Below are positions 15,883-26,052 of a DNA stretch of 40,099 nt, piece after piece. This stretch comes from Gemmatimonadota bacterium. Lineage in GTDB: Bacteria > 4572-55 > J002. Positions within the stretch are counted from its first letter, which is position 1. Each line of letters starts with the position of its first letter. Where the stretch lies: assembly GCA_003697105.1 (NCBI GenBank), contig RFFQ01000009.1, positions 1-40,099 on the forward strand, written 5' to 3'. The notes under the pieces were generated by a model. That model was given only the letters and a program-made list of their open reading frames with translations, ran no database searches and was not told the DNA's origin. The translations under genes were made by a program, and so were the position numbers.

Positions 15883-17574
15883 ATGCCACACCCATTGAGC
15901 CAAACACCAACCCCGCCATTACCCATCCGCCAACGTATGGAAGAGTGGATGGTCCGCATTTTAGACCGGCGCTATCCGGGTTGGGATCAAACCGAAGAAT
16001 CCGCCCAACATTTTGAACAGATTGCCCTCGAAACACTGCTGACCGCCCCCTACCAACTCGTGAGCACCAAATATTACGGTGTCGCGGAACAGCCGAATTA
16101 TCCGATCTTGCCAACCCCCTTGCGGGTCGGTGCCTCTGCCTCATGGCGGGGACGAGGTGTGACGGTCGCCCTGATCGACAGCGGTTTTTATCCCCATTAT
16201 GACCTGACGCGTCCCCACAACCGGATTGTGAAATTCGTGGATGTCACGGACGAAGCGCTCAGCGAGGCGGATTTTTACCGGCGCCAACCTCGTGCGTTGA
16301 GCTGGCACGGTACCATGACGGCGTGTGTGTTGGGGGGAAATGGTTACCAATCATACGGATTCTATCGCGGGATTGCTTCAGAAGTTCACTTTGTGCTGAT
16401 TAAAGTAATGACCCGGAAATATGGGCTAACTTTAGACCATCTGGTCAAAGCTCTTCAATGGGTACGGGATCATCACCGCGAATACAACATTCGGATACTA
16501 AATATTTCAGTCGGAGGTGAACGTCAATCCCCAAACATATCCTATCGAGCGAGCCGGACGGCAGAACTGGCAGAGCAACTTGTCGATCAAGGTCTGGTGG
16601 TCGTCAGCGCTATTGGTAACAATACGGCATCCACGCTGTTCCCGCCCGGCACGTCACCATCGGTGCTGGCAGTGGGTGGTTATCACGATCAGAATTCCAT
16701 CGATCCGGAAGATCGGACCATGTATCATTCCTCCTACGGCTGGACTGTGGACGGATTGCCTAAACCGGAAGTGGTTACACTGGGAAATTGGGTCGCCGCC
16801 CCCTTTGTGCCCCGTACTCCGCAAGCCAGAGAAGCCGCTCAGATCACCAAATTGCTGAACACCTCCGATTATGAGTTGGAATTACGCTTTGAAAAAAATC
16901 TGAAATACATCAATTTACCTAAAGAGTACCTGAAAGCTCCAACGTCCATCAAGCGGCAAGCTTTACGCCAACGCATGTATCACCCAACGTTGAAGGTGAT
17001 CCATCCCAACTATTTTCATGCGGAAGGTACTTCGGTTTCCGCACCAATTGTCTGCGGAGTGATCGCCCAGATACTCGAAATGGATACAACATTGCAACCG
17101 TATGAGATTCGTGAAATTTTGATTAAAACGGCGGATGCGATGGACCGTTCCATTCCCCAACTCCGGCAAGGTTTTGGGATGATCAATCCTCAACGGGCAC
17201 TGCAGGAAGTCGAACGGCGCAAAAGCGGTAAACGACCTACGTCACCCCATGTACAAGCACCGCAACGGAAAATTACGTTTTATCTCCGAGCGCCACAGGC
17301 GCACTCCGTCGCGGTTGCCGGTGACTTCAATGGTTGGAATCACCACCGCGATATGATGAAAAAGCAGAAAAAAACAGGCATCTGGCAGTTGGATTACCCC
17401 ATTTTACCCGACAATATTTATCATTATAAATTTGTGATCGATGGTAAAACATGGACGCATGACCCCGAAAACCACAGCCGGGACGTTGACCCCTACAACG
17501 GGTTTATCAGCCGGCTCCATGTTTCATCATTACTGAATACTAAATTTTTACCAAAATCCTGTACGAAAAAATGA
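15883..17574 (+). CDS. S8 subtilisin-like serine protease (AprX-like) with a C-terminal glycogen-binding (CBM48/AMPK1_CBM-like) domain
   Basis: Catalytic triad VALIDSG / WHGT / EGTSVSAP and oxyanion SAIGN; C-terminal SVAVAGDFNGW...GIW...YHYKFVIDGKTWTHDP; no signal peptide. Confidence 0.88.
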   Translation: MPHPLSQTPTPPLPIRQRMEEWMVRILDRRYPGWDQTEESAQHFEQIALETLLTAPYQLVSTKYYGVAEQPNYPILPTPLRVGASASWRGRGVTVALIDSGFYPHYDLTRPHNRIVKFVDVTDEALSEADFYRRQPRALSWHGTMTACVLGGNGYQSYGFYRGIASEVHFVLIKVMTRKYGLTLDHLVKALQWVRDHHREYNIRILNISVGGERQSPNISYRASRTAELAEQLVDQGLVVVSAIGNNTASTLFPPGTSPSVLAVGGYHDQNSIDPEDRTMYHSSYGWTVDGLPKPEVVTLGNWVAAPFVPRTPQAREAAQITKLLNTSDYELELRFEKNLKYINLPKEYLKAPTSIKRQALRQRMYHPTLKVIHPNYFHAEGTSVSAPIVCGVIAQILEMDTTLQPYEIREILIKTADAMDRSIPQLRQGFGMINPQRALQEVERRKSGKRPTSPHVQAPQRKITFYLRAPQAHSVAVAGDFNGWNHHRDMMKKQKKTGIWQLDYPILPDNIYHYKFVIDGKTWTHDPENHSRDVDPYNGFISRLHVSSLLNTKFLPKSCTKK

Positions 17575-18542
17575 GAAAATCGATTTATCTAATTGGGATA
17601 TGCCTATTGGCTGGGCTAGCCAGTATGGCTTACGCAGCGGATCCGGTGACGGCAACGGTCGAAGTCAGCCAAACGAAAATGACTATTGGGGATCAGATTA
17701 CGTTTACCCTAACAGTTCATCATGACCCGCAAGTGCCCCTCGGCCGAATTGACCCCACCCCCCAGCTAGTCGATAGCGCCGGATTTGAAATCATTGACCA
17801 AACCGTACCGGCGAACCCCGAAGAAATCCCCCAAATCTGGCGGTTTATCATCACCAGTTTTGAAACCGGCAACCGGCACATCCCACCCATTCCGATCCCG
17901 TACCAATTAGATGACGGCTCTACAAAAATCCTAAAAACAAATTCGATAGATGTGTTGGTGTCCAGTGTGATTGCAAAAGGAGATTCCGCAACAGAAATCC
18001 GCCCGATCAAGCCTGTGATCGATATGCCCGTGAATTATCTACCCTATCTGTTAGGATTACTCGGGCTGATTATCGCAGGGGTGGCGGCGTTTCTGCTCTG
18101 GAAAAAATATCACAAACCCAAACCCGCACCGGAAATGCCGAAATGGGTAAAACCTCAAGAGCCCCCCCATATCTGGGCGATTAAGGAACTCGAACGCATT
18201 GAGGCACTTCATCTACCGGAACGCGGGGAGTTTAAAGTGTATTACACGCAGGTCTCGGAGTGTATCCGGCGTTACATCGAATTACGCTTTGCTGTGGACG
18301 CCCTCGAACGTACCACGTGGGAACTCGCGCAGGATTTTCAAGGCATCGATTTAAATGAAACCCACAAAAAAGAGATTATCCAGTTCTTGGAAATCTGTGA
18401 TTTGATCAAATTTGCCAAAGCGACCCCCAATTTGGAAGATACCCGTTCCGCAATGGAGACCGCAAAATCAATTATTACGGCGACGAAGCCGAGTAACACA
18501 GAAAAAGAATCTATTAACGCGACATCATCTGAAGCCCATTAG
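17571..18542 (+). CDS. Bat-locus membrane protein (BatD-like N-terminal domain, one TM), the type usually found upstream of batA
   Basis: Signal peptide, TIGDQITFTLTV, IRPIKP-TM-WKK and YYTQVSECIRRYIE..F...ALERTT..CDLIKFAK. Confidence 0.75.
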   Translation: MRKSIYLIGICLLAGLASMAYAADPVTATVEVSQTKMTIGDQITFTLTVHHDPQVPLGRIDPTPQLVDSAGFEIIDQTVPANPEEIPQIWRFIITSFETGNRHIPPIPIPYQLDDGSTKILKTNSIDVLVSSVIAKGDSATEIRPIKPVIDMPVNYLPYLLGLLGLIIAGVAAFLLWKKYHKPKPAPEMPKWVKPQEPPHIWAIKELERIEALHLPERGEFKVYYTQVSECIRRYIELRFAVDALERTTWELAQDFQGIDLNETHKKEIIQFLEICDLIKFAKATPNLEDTRSAMETAKSIITATKPSNTEKESINATSSEAH

Positions 18543-18547
18543 AAATC

Positions 18548-19540
18548 ATGTTTCACTTTGCCAACCCGAAATTTCTATTTCTATTCATTCTGTTAATTCC
18601 CTTGCTGGTGCTCTACATCCGCAAAGAGCGCCAGAAACAGGGCAGTATCCAATTTTCCAGCCTGAAATTATTAGAGGGAATCGAAATACCCCTAACCGTA
18701 CAACTGCGCCATCTTGTCCTGTTCTTGCGCTTCATGGTGATCAGTTTGGTGATTTTAGCCCTCGCTCGCCCGCAATCCGGTGTATCAAACGAGGATGTGA
18801 CCACGGAAGGGATCGATATTGTAATGGTGCTCGATATTTCCGGCAGTATGCAGGCGTTGGATTTTAAACCCAAAGATCGGCTCCATGTGGCAAAGGAAGC
18901 CGGTAAGGAATTCATCGAAAAACGCAAAAATGACCGCTTGGGGCTTGTTGTTTTCGCTGGTGAAGCCTTTACCCAGTGCCCCTTAACCATCGACCATGCG
19001 GTCCTGATCGAGCTGATGGATGAAGTCCAAATTGGTATGATCGAAGATGGCACCGCAATTGGTACAGCAATCGCAACAGCGGTCAATCGACTCCGTGAAT
19101 CCACTGCCAAAAGCAAAGTAATTATCCTTTTGACGGACGGCGACAATAACGCGGGTAAAATCGACCCCCTTACCGCCGCGGAAATCGCTAAAACGCTTGA
19201 GATTAAAATTTACACGATTGGTGTCGGTAAAGGCGGGAAAGTCCCTTTTCCGGCGCGAGATATGTTCGGGCGTGAAACCATCGATTATGTCGAAATTCCC
19301 ATCAATGAAGCGTTGTTGCAGGACATCGCCGCCAAAACGGGAGGAGAATTCTTCCGTGCCACTGATAAACAACAACTGGAAGCCATTTACCAGAAAATTG
19401 ATGAATTGGAAAAAACCAAAATTGAAACCCATACCTACGTGCGCTACAGCGAGATGGTACACTGGTTTTTGCTCCCCGCTATTTTCCTGCTGGTGCTGGA
19501 AATCCTGCTGGCGAACACCCTTTTCCGCAAAATTCCCTAA
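18548..19540 (+). CDS. batA: BatA VWA-domain protein
   Basis: N-terminal FANP..L, ALARPQ, MIDAS DISGSM, DGTAIG, LLTDGDNN and a C-terminal TM ending FRKIP. Confidence 0.92.
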   Translation: MFHFANPKFLFLFILLIPLLVLYIRKERQKQGSIQFSSLKLLEGIEIPLTVQLRHLVLFLRFMVISLVILALARPQSGVSNEDVTTEGIDIVMVLDISGSMQALDFKPKDRLHVAKEAGKEFIEKRKNDRLGLVVFAGEAFTQCPLTIDHAVLIELMDEVQIGMIEDGTAIGTAIATAVNRLRESTAKSKVIILLTDGDNNAGKIDPLTAAEIAKTLEIKIYTIGVGKGGKVPFPARDMFGRETIDYVEIPINEALLQDIAAKTGGEFFRATDKQQLEAIYQKIDELEKTKIETHTYVRYSEMVHWFLLPAIFLLVLEILLANTLFRKIP

Positions 19541-19561
19541 TCGCTGGAGACGATCTTAATC

Positions 19562-21172
19562 ATGCCCTTTCGTTCTTTATGTGCAGTTACCTTTTTGATC
19601 CTGTTGGCAGGTTGCGCCCGCACGCCAACCATCAAAATGACACCCTATCAATCGCAAATACTGACAGACGTTCCACAAAATCCGGAGATTTCCGTCGGTT
19701 TGGTCCCGGCAGCAACCCGATTGGCGGTAAGTCCTTCTCAGGCGTTGCGAATTGTGGATGAACAAACCGGGGAGCAGATCGTCACTTCCTCCGCCGAAAC
19801 ATGGATTTTTGAACACGTTCTACCGGCTGGGGCGCAAGGTGCCCGGGAGGTTTGGCAGTTACAACTAGCGGCCTATCAAACTCCTGAAACCGCTGAATCC
19901 GGCGTGGATCAGGTGCGACAAATTCTCCCTGTCGGTACGCCGGTTCATATTGTGCCGGATGGCAAATGGTACAAAATCCGGGTGGGAGAGTTTGACACCC
20001 GGCAAGCGGTAATCGCCCTAAAAGCGGATATCGACCAACACGGGCAATTCACCGATAGTTTCCCGATTCAGATCACACTACCGGCAACGGATCAGGGACA
20101 CATTCGTCTGCGAAATCAGGAGGGGGAATCACTCGGTTTTTTGTGGGAAGGTCCCTTGACAATCCAAGCGGTGAGTGGTCATCTCACCCATGAAGACCGG
20201 TCGTACCGGGGCGAATTGATCGTCGGTGTGAACCAATTGGGCACTATGTATCTGGCAAATCGAGTCACGGTAACGGCATATCTACAAGGCGTCCTTCCGG
20301 CAGAGATGCACCCCAGTTGGGCTTCAGAAGCATTGAAAGCCCAAGCTGTGGTCGCCCGAACGTACCTGATCAATCAACTGGAAGCCCATCTAAAAGAAGG
20401 GTTTAACGTTTGTAATAGCACTCACTGTCAGGTCTATCAGGGCTTGATGGGTGAAACGGAGCGTTCCAATCAGGCGGTGTTGGATACCCAAGGGGAGATT
20501 TTGGTTTTTGCCAACCAACCGATAAAAGCGGTCTATTCTTCTTGTTGTGGTGGTTATTCCGAACGGATCGAGAATGTATGGGACACACCCACCGCGTATG
20601 ATTACCTAAAGAGCCAATTTGATAGTGACCGGCGGCAATTTCACCCTTATCGTGAGCCGCATTGGCAACGCTGGATTAAATCCACGCCTGATGTGTTTTG
20701 CCGTAACAGTATCACCGCAAAAAACAACAGCGTGTTCCGCTGGGAGGTAACAAAGACACAAGCGGAACTGACGGCATCGGTTAAGCCGTATGCCAACGTA
20801 GGCACAGTGACCCGCATTGTGCCGCAGGAACGGGGTCAATCAGGGCGGTTGATGCGGATTACGGTTGAAGGAACTGCCGGTCAGGCTGAGATTGCACCGG
20901 AACTCAATATCCGGCGAGCTTTGGGGGGGCTGCGGAGTTCCGCCTTTGTGGTAAAGAAACGCGGTGACCAATTCATATTTCGGGGCGCCGGCTACGGGCA
21001 CGGCGTGGGTATGTGCCAAGTGGGTGCGGTCGGAATGGCAGAACGCGGCTATAATTATCGTGAAATCTTAGGGCATTATTATCACCATTGCCACCTCTAC
21101 TCCATCTATCAGGCGAATATTTACACCCGGCTCCAATGGCTGGATCAACAATTATGCCCCCGCCGGTCTTGA
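19562..21172 (+). CDS. SpoIID/LytB lytic transglycosylase-family lipoprotein with a SPOR-like domain
   Basis: Lipobox LAGC; SPOR-like WQLQLAAY...WYKIRVGEF; YLQGVLPAEM, EALKAQAVVARTY, CQVY and GAGYGHGVGMCQVGA. Confidence 0.88.
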   Translation: MPFRSLCAVTFLILLAGCARTPTIKMTPYQSQILTDVPQNPEISVGLVPAATRLAVSPSQALRIVDEQTGEQIVTSSAETWIFEHVLPAGAQGAREVWQLQLAAYQTPETAESGVDQVRQILPVGTPVHIVPDGKWYKIRVGEFDTRQAVIALKADIDQHGQFTDSFPIQITLPATDQGHIRLRNQEGESLGFLWEGPLTIQAVSGHLTHEDRSYRGELIVGVNQLGTMYLANRVTVTAYLQGVLPAEMHPSWASEALKAQAVVARTYLINQLEAHLKEGFNVCNSTHCQVYQGLMGETERSNQAVLDTQGEILVFANQPIKAVYSSCCGGYSERIENVWDTPTAYDYLKSQFDSDRRQFHPYREPHWQRWIKSTPDVFCRNSITAKNNSVFRWEVTKTQAELTASVKPYANVGTVTRIVPQERGQSGRLMRITVEGTAGQAEIAPELNIRRALGGLRSSAFVVKKRGDQFIFRGAGYGHGVGMCQVGAVGMAERGYNYREILGHYYHHCHLYSIYQANIYTRLQWLDQQLCPRRS

Positions 21173-21220
21173 TCAAATTTTAACTTGATCAAATCGGCTT
21201 TTTGGCGTAGGATGCAGCAT

Positions 21221-21952
21221 ATGCGACGATTTATAGGATACATCATCATTACCGTTATCGGATTGAGCGGGTGCACCGGAGATTCCCCCCTTTCCGATGT
21301 GGTGCTAAGTGACCCGAGCCTTATCAAGCCGGTAATTACGTTAGAAAAATCGATTAATGCGCATGGAATCGCAAACCAAAAAATCGAGGTCTGGTTGTAC
21401 GATGAAAATGAAGATTCGATCCAACTTAAAGATGGCGGGGTAACGGTCAATGGGATTCCGATGGAGCGACGGCAAAGCTTTGTAACCCATGCCCCGTATT
21501 ACGGCATTGATCAGAACCGGTTACCGGTGCAACCCGATGAAGATTACACATTTGTTATCACGCTGGGTGATGGAGAAAATTATCGAGCGACACTTCATAC
21601 GCCAGAAGCACTTTACGCTTTCAACGTACCAGCGATTCATTCTCGAACGTTAGATATGACCCTGACATGGCTTCAGGCGGATACATATCCCATATATTTG
21701 AACTATCAATATACCTACCGTCGGGAAGGTGAAGATGCAGACCGACTCGGTGAGCGGGATTTTTATATCTCGCATCCGGAAGAAGGTGTTTACACCCTTC
21801 AGGCATCCGCGTTTCAAAGTCCGGATCATATTTCTCACGCCCACTTTGTGTTGAGTCGCCGCAAAGAGGGCTATATTGATTCCCGTTTCCGCCCGGGACG
21901 AGAGATTTCAGCGACATTTTCCATCGCCGCCGAGAGCGATATTGTGGATTAG
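21221..21952 (+). CDS. Hypothetical lipoprotein
   Basis: MRRFIGYIIITVIGLSGC lipobox; mature part looks beta-rich; no family recognised. Confidence 0.7.
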   Translation: MRRFIGYIIITVIGLSGCTGDSPLSDVVLSDPSLIKPVITLEKSINAHGIANQKIEVWLYDENEDSIQLKDGGVTVNGIPMERRQSFVTHAPYYGIDQNRLPVQPDEDYTFVITLGDGENYRATLHTPEALYAFNVPAIHSRTLDMTLTWLQADTYPIYLNYQYTYRREGEDADRLGERDFYISHPEEGVYTLQASAFQSPDHISHAHFVLSRRKEGYIDSRFRPGREISATFSIAAESDIVD

Positions 21953-21978
21953 TGTTCACGGTTGAGGACTACAATCAA

Positions 21979-22968
21979 ATGTCAACACACAAATCACTCC
22001 ATTACCTGACCCAAGCCTCGATACACGCCATCCTGATTTTTGGGGCATTTATTATGCTGTTGCCCTTTTTGTGGATGGTTTCTACCTCGCTTAAATCCCC
22101 GACCGAAGTTCTGGCGTTCCCACCGAAGTTTATTCCACAGAAAAAATTATATTACCTTGCGGAAGATGGTACGTCATCTCAGGTCATCGAGGTGCTGGAG
22201 GAAACCCCAGAGACGCTAACCGTCCGGTTGATGGGTTCCAGTGTCGGGGGTATGGCACCACAAACCCTGCCGCGAACCTCATTTACGGAACGTCGTTTCC
22301 TTTGGGATAATTACGTGAAAGCCTGGAACACGGTTGATTTTCCCCGGTACTACCTCAATACTATTTTTGTGGCACTCACGGTGATGTTCGCCGTGCTATT
22401 TACATCCAGTATTGCGGCGTATGCGTTCGCGCGGATGCACTTTTTTGGGCGAGATAATCTGTTTATGCTCTTTTTAAGCATGATGATGGTGCCCATGCCA
22501 GTCTATTTGGTACCGACCTACTTGATCTTATCGTGGTTTCACTGGATTGATACTTATTATGCCTTGATTGTGCCGTGGATGGCGCATGTTTTTAGTATTT
22601 TTCTGTTACGCCAGCATTTCAAAACGATTCCCAAAGATTTATATGATGCCGCCGTAATGGATGGTTGTACTCATTGGACCTTTCTTTGGAAAATTGTAAT
22701 GCCGCTCTCAAAATCTGTGTTGGTGACGGTTGCGCTGTTTTCCATTATTGGCAGTTGGAATAGCTTTATGTGGCCCCTCATTGTCACTCACCGGGATGAA
22801 CTGCGCGTGTTACAAGTGGGCTTATCCTATTTTTCGCAGGAAAACGGGACGAAGCACGAACTCCTGATGGCGGCATCCACGTTTTGTATTGCACCCTTGC
22901 TAGTGCTATTCTTCCTTGCACAAAAGCAGATTATCGCCAGTTTTGCCCGGAGTGGATTGAAAGATTGA
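21979..22968 (+). CDS. Carbohydrate ABC transporter permease (MalG/UgpE type)
   Basis: MLLPFLWMVSTSLK, AAYAFAR, EAA-like loop IPKDLYDAAVMDG and WNSFMWPLIV. ATG 21979 behind GAGGA. Confidence 0.92.
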   Translation: MSTHKSLHYLTQASIHAILIFGAFIMLLPFLWMVSTSLKSPTEVLAFPPKFIPQKKLYYLAEDGTSSQVIEVLEETPETLTVRLMGSSVGGMAPQTLPRTSFTERRFLWDNYVKAWNTVDFPRYYLNTIFVALTVMFAVLFTSSIAAYAFARMHFFGRDNLFMLFLSMMMVPMPVYLVPTYLILSWFHWIDTYYALIVPWMAHVFSIFLLRQHFKTIPKDLYDAAVMDGCTHWTFLWKIVMPLSKSVLVTVALFSIIGSWNSFMWPLIVTHRDELRVLQVGLSYFSQENGTKHELLMAASTFCIAPLLVLFFLAQKQIIASFARSGLKD

Positions 22969-24197
22969 TCCCGATCACACGCGTTTCCCTCTTTTTTCTG
23001 CTGATATTCCTCCTGCTTTTTTCCATTCCGAGCTTTAGTCAGGCAGACCGCACTATCCGGGTACAAGTATGGAGTGAAGATTCCCCTGACTTTGTCACCA
23101 TTTACGGACAATTTGCCATCCTGCGCGTGGTGGATGCGGTTCAAGACTCCGCCCTTATTGCCCTCAAACCCGGTACACCTATTTATATTCAGGCGCACTA
23201 TCCTCAATTAACCCTGCGAATTTACGATCACCTCTACCAACTCTCTCAGGTAAAATTAGAACCCGTCAGCCCCTTCGGATTGGTTGACTTGAACCAACCC
23301 GGGCGTCGCTCTATCTATCGTGGTACATTGGTTATCGTCCCGGCTGGGGAAAACCGGTTGGCCATTTACAACGATTTATCGCTGGAAGAGTACCTTAAAG
23401 GGGTTTTGCCCACCGAAATTTTGCCGGGCTGGCCCATTGAAGCCCTAAAAGCGCAAGCGATTGTTTCTCGCACGTATGCAATCAAAAACCGGCACCGTCA
23501 TGCGGAGACTTACGCGGATTTTTGTGATAATTCCCATTGCCAAGTTTATAACGGTTACGAGGCAGAGACATTTCGGACCAGTTGGGCAGTGGATGCGACG
23601 CGGGGGCAATTTATCACCTATCAGGGGGAACCGGCAGAGGTTTTTTTCCACTCTACTTGCGGGGGAATCACCGCCCGTGCGGATGAAATCTGGATGGAAG
23701 AATATTTTCCCTATTTGGTCAACGTATATGACTCAATTGATGGAGGGATTGATGCGTGTGCAGAATCACCCCATTATCAGTGGACATACGTTACCTCCCG
23801 GCAGGCATTACACACCGCATTACAGGACGATGCGCGCACCGATCCGGGGCGGTATTTAACATATATTTCGATTCGAGAGATCAATCAGAGTGGGCGGGTG
23901 GCGTCGGTCGATATTGTGGGAGAACAGCGTCACACCGTTAATGGATGGATTTTACGGCAAGTGCTTTCGCGGGTATGGGGATGGGAGTCCATCAAAAGCT
24001 CCCGGTTTCATCTTGTGCGTGACGGGGATCAGATCACCTTTACCGGGAAAGGGTTGGGGCACGGGGTGGGCTTGTGCCAGTACGGCGCCAAAAAAAGAGC
24101 CGAAGCCGGTTATACGGCTTCGGCAATCCTCCAAGTGTATTTTCCATATACAAAACTGGCTACGGTTTCTTCGGCTGCGAGCCATTCATATGATTAA
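22965..24197 (+). CDS. Second SpoIID/LytB-domain protein
   Basis: LEEYLKGVLPTEI, EALKAQAIVSRTY, HCQVY, FHSTCGG and GLGHGVGLCQYGA. Likely TTG start at 22965, overlapping the permease TGA, which gives a hydrophobic N-terminus. Confidence 0.88.
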   Translation: MIPITRVSLFFLLIFLLLFSIPSFSQADRTIRVQVWSEDSPDFVTIYGQFAILRVVDAVQDSALIALKPGTPIYIQAHYPQLTLRIYDHLYQLSQVKLEPVSPFGLVDLNQPGRRSIYRGTLVIVPAGENRLAIYNDLSLEEYLKGVLPTEILPGWPIEALKAQAIVSRTYAIKNRHRHAETYADFCDNSHCQVYNGYEAETFRTSWAVDATRGQFITYQGEPAEVFFHSTCGGITARADEIWMEEYFPYLVNVYDSIDGGIDACAESPHYQWTYVTSRQALHTALQDDARTDPGRYLTYISIREINQSGRVASVDIVGEQRHTVNGWILRQVLSRVWGWESIKSSRFHLVRDGDQITFTGKGLGHGVGLCQYGAKKRAEAGYTASAILQVYFPYTKLATVSSAASHSYD

Positions 24198-25536
24198 CCA
24201 ACTCCTCACGCACGTCGGGGAACGTAAAATCTGGGCGAGCGATATAGTAGCCTTGCCCAAATTCCACATTCATTTCGCGCAACATCTCAAATTCTTCAAT
24301 GGATTCAATACCTTCCGCAATCACGTGGGCGCCGATTTTATCGGCAAAATCGATCAATGTTTCCAATAATTGTTGTTTGATTGGGGTTTTGTGGATGTTC
24401 TGCACTAAGGCATGATCAAATTTGAGAAATTTGGGACGCAGATACGCAATCGAATTTAAGCTGGCATACCCGGCACCCGCATCATCCACGGCAATCTCAA
24501 AACCTAAATCCTGAAAATACTTGAGTGATTTTAGGAAAATATCATAATCTTTAATTGCGGTACGTTCGGTAATTTCCAACACAACTTTGGAAGGCTCAAT
24601 ACCGTGTGACTGCATAAATTCCACGAATTGGGCTTGGCGGAATTCGGGGTCATCAATGGCGGACGGTTCGACATTGACAAATAATTTATAGTGATCCGCC
24701 ATTTTACTCGCATTGGTGATGGCATTTTCCCGGCACAGCCGATCCAATTTTAGCCCCAATCCGGCTTCCTGCGCAATCGAAAACAGGACTTCCGTATTCG
24801 GAAACCCCGCCTCTTTCGGGCTAACGGATAGGGCTTCGTATGCCATAATCCGTAGGTCTGCCATGTATATAATAGGTTGAAATGTGGTGGCAATTTGCCG
24901 TTCCGCAATGATGGACCGCAAGGTTTCGATCTGCTTGGTATGGCGCCGGCTTTCGTAGAGCGCCGCCATCCGTTTTGCTTCGTTTAATCCATGATAGATC
25001 AGGCGTTCGGCACGGACAACCCGGTTATTTGTAATGATTGCAAAACCACCGTTCAAACCCACTTTGCGGTAAATAGAATCAACCGGATACTGCCCGAGAT
25101 GGTCGTTTAATGCTTTAAACAAGCGTTCACTGACATGTTCCATATACTCTAGCGTGACGGATTTTTCATCCGGTTGCGAGAGGCAAAAAATCAAAAATTC
25201 GTCGCTCCGGGCGTATTCCATAGCGAGAACAACTTCACCCTGAATCACATTTCCGATCAGTTCATTGAGTTGCTGGGCAATTTCAATAATCAAATTATCA
25301 TAGGCTTGCCAACCATATTGGAGTTCCACAAGGGCAACCGTTTGGATGCTTAGGGAAATCACACCGATATGTTTATAGGACTCTAACGCCTTTTTTAGGT
25401 TGTCCACCACAACCGGCAAACTCGGCAGTTTACTGATATTATCGTAGAGCAATCGCTTTAAGCGAAGAAAATCAGAATGAGCTTGTGCGAGTGCTCGCTC
25501 TTCCGGTGTTATTTTAGGGTCGTGTAACAAAGGCAT
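24160..25536 (-). CDS. Degenerate GGDEF plus EAL c-di-GMP phosphodiesterase
   Basis: GGDEF position reads RSDEF; EAL motifs FQPI, YEAL, FVNV, LEITE, DDAGAGYASL, KFD and AEGIE are intact. Confidence 0.9.
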   Translation of the reverse strand: MPLLHDPKITPEERALAQAHSDFLRLKRLLYDNISKLPSLPVVVDNLKKALESYKHIGVISLSIQTVALVELQYGWQAYDNLIIEIAQQLNELIGNVIQGEVVLAMEYARSDEFLIFCLSQPDEKSVTLEYMEHVSERLFKALNDHLGQYPVDSIYRKVGLNGGFAIITNNRVVRAERLIYHGLNEAKRMAALYESRRHTKQIETLRSIIAERQIATTFQPIIYMADLRIMAYEALSVSPKEAGFPNTEVLFSIAQEAGLGLKLDRLCRENAITNASKMADHYKLFVNVEPSAIDDPEFRQAQFVEFMQSHGIEPSKVVLEITERTAIKDYDIFLKSLKYFQDLGFEIAVDDAGAGYASLNSIAYLRPKFLKFDHALVQNIHKTPIKQQLLETLIDFADKIGAHVIAEGIESIEEFEMLREMNVEFGQGYYIARPDFTFPDVREELVNHMNGSQPKKP

Positions 25537-25551
25537 TCTAACTCCGCACCT

Positions 25552-25932
25552 CTATGCAACAGATTCTCCAAGAACGTCACGAATTTTTTCCAACATGTGA
25601 TTATGATTAAATGGCTTAGCTAAAAAGTCGGCGGCGCCCTCTTTGGCACTTTGCAGACGGTCTTTGGGTTTATCCAAAGCGGTCAGCATAATCACGGGAA
25701 TCGATTGGGTGGCTTCATCCGTTTTGAGTAATTCTAACACTTCCCAACCGTTCATATGAGGCATCATAACATCCAAAAAGATGAGGTCAGGCTTTTCTTT
25801 TTGTAATTGGATAAACGCCATTTCACCGCTGGTTGCCCAAATGACATCATACCCGAACGTTTTAAGTGCGGTACGAACAAACTCAATGATGGCTTCTTCA
25901 TCATCGATAATCATGATTTTTGCTTTTGGCAT
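25552..25932 (-). CDS. Single-domain response regulator (receiver)
   Basis: IIDDE, PDLIFLDVMMP, MLTA and FLAKPF. Confidence 0.93.
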   Translation of the reverse strand: MPKAKIMIIDDEEAIIEFVRTALKTFGYDVIWATSGEMAFIQLQKEKPDLIFLDVMMPHMNGWEVLELLKTDEATQSIPVIMLTALDKPKDRLQSAKEGAADFLAKPFNHNHMLEKIRDVLGESVA

Positions 25933-25970
25933 CGAACCAACACCTTTCGTAGGTAAAGTTGAATTTATGC

Positions 25971-26000
25971 TTGACGACGCGGCGGCAAATCCGGTATAAT
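25971..26000 (+). promoter_or_regulatory. Sigma70-type promoter for the PilZ run
   Basis: TTGACG (25971-25976), 18 bp spacer, TATAAT (25995-26000); AGGAG RBS at 26041. Confidence 0.65.
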
Positions 26001-26052
26001 CGCGCCCACTTATATGTAACCCGAGTTAATCGCACCCTATAGGAGAATCCCA

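Noticed and set aside
19562..24197. Sporulation inferred from the SpoIID (and SpoIIE) domains
   Set aside because: Both domain families are widespread in non-sporulating bacteria, and no sporulation-specific genes are present.
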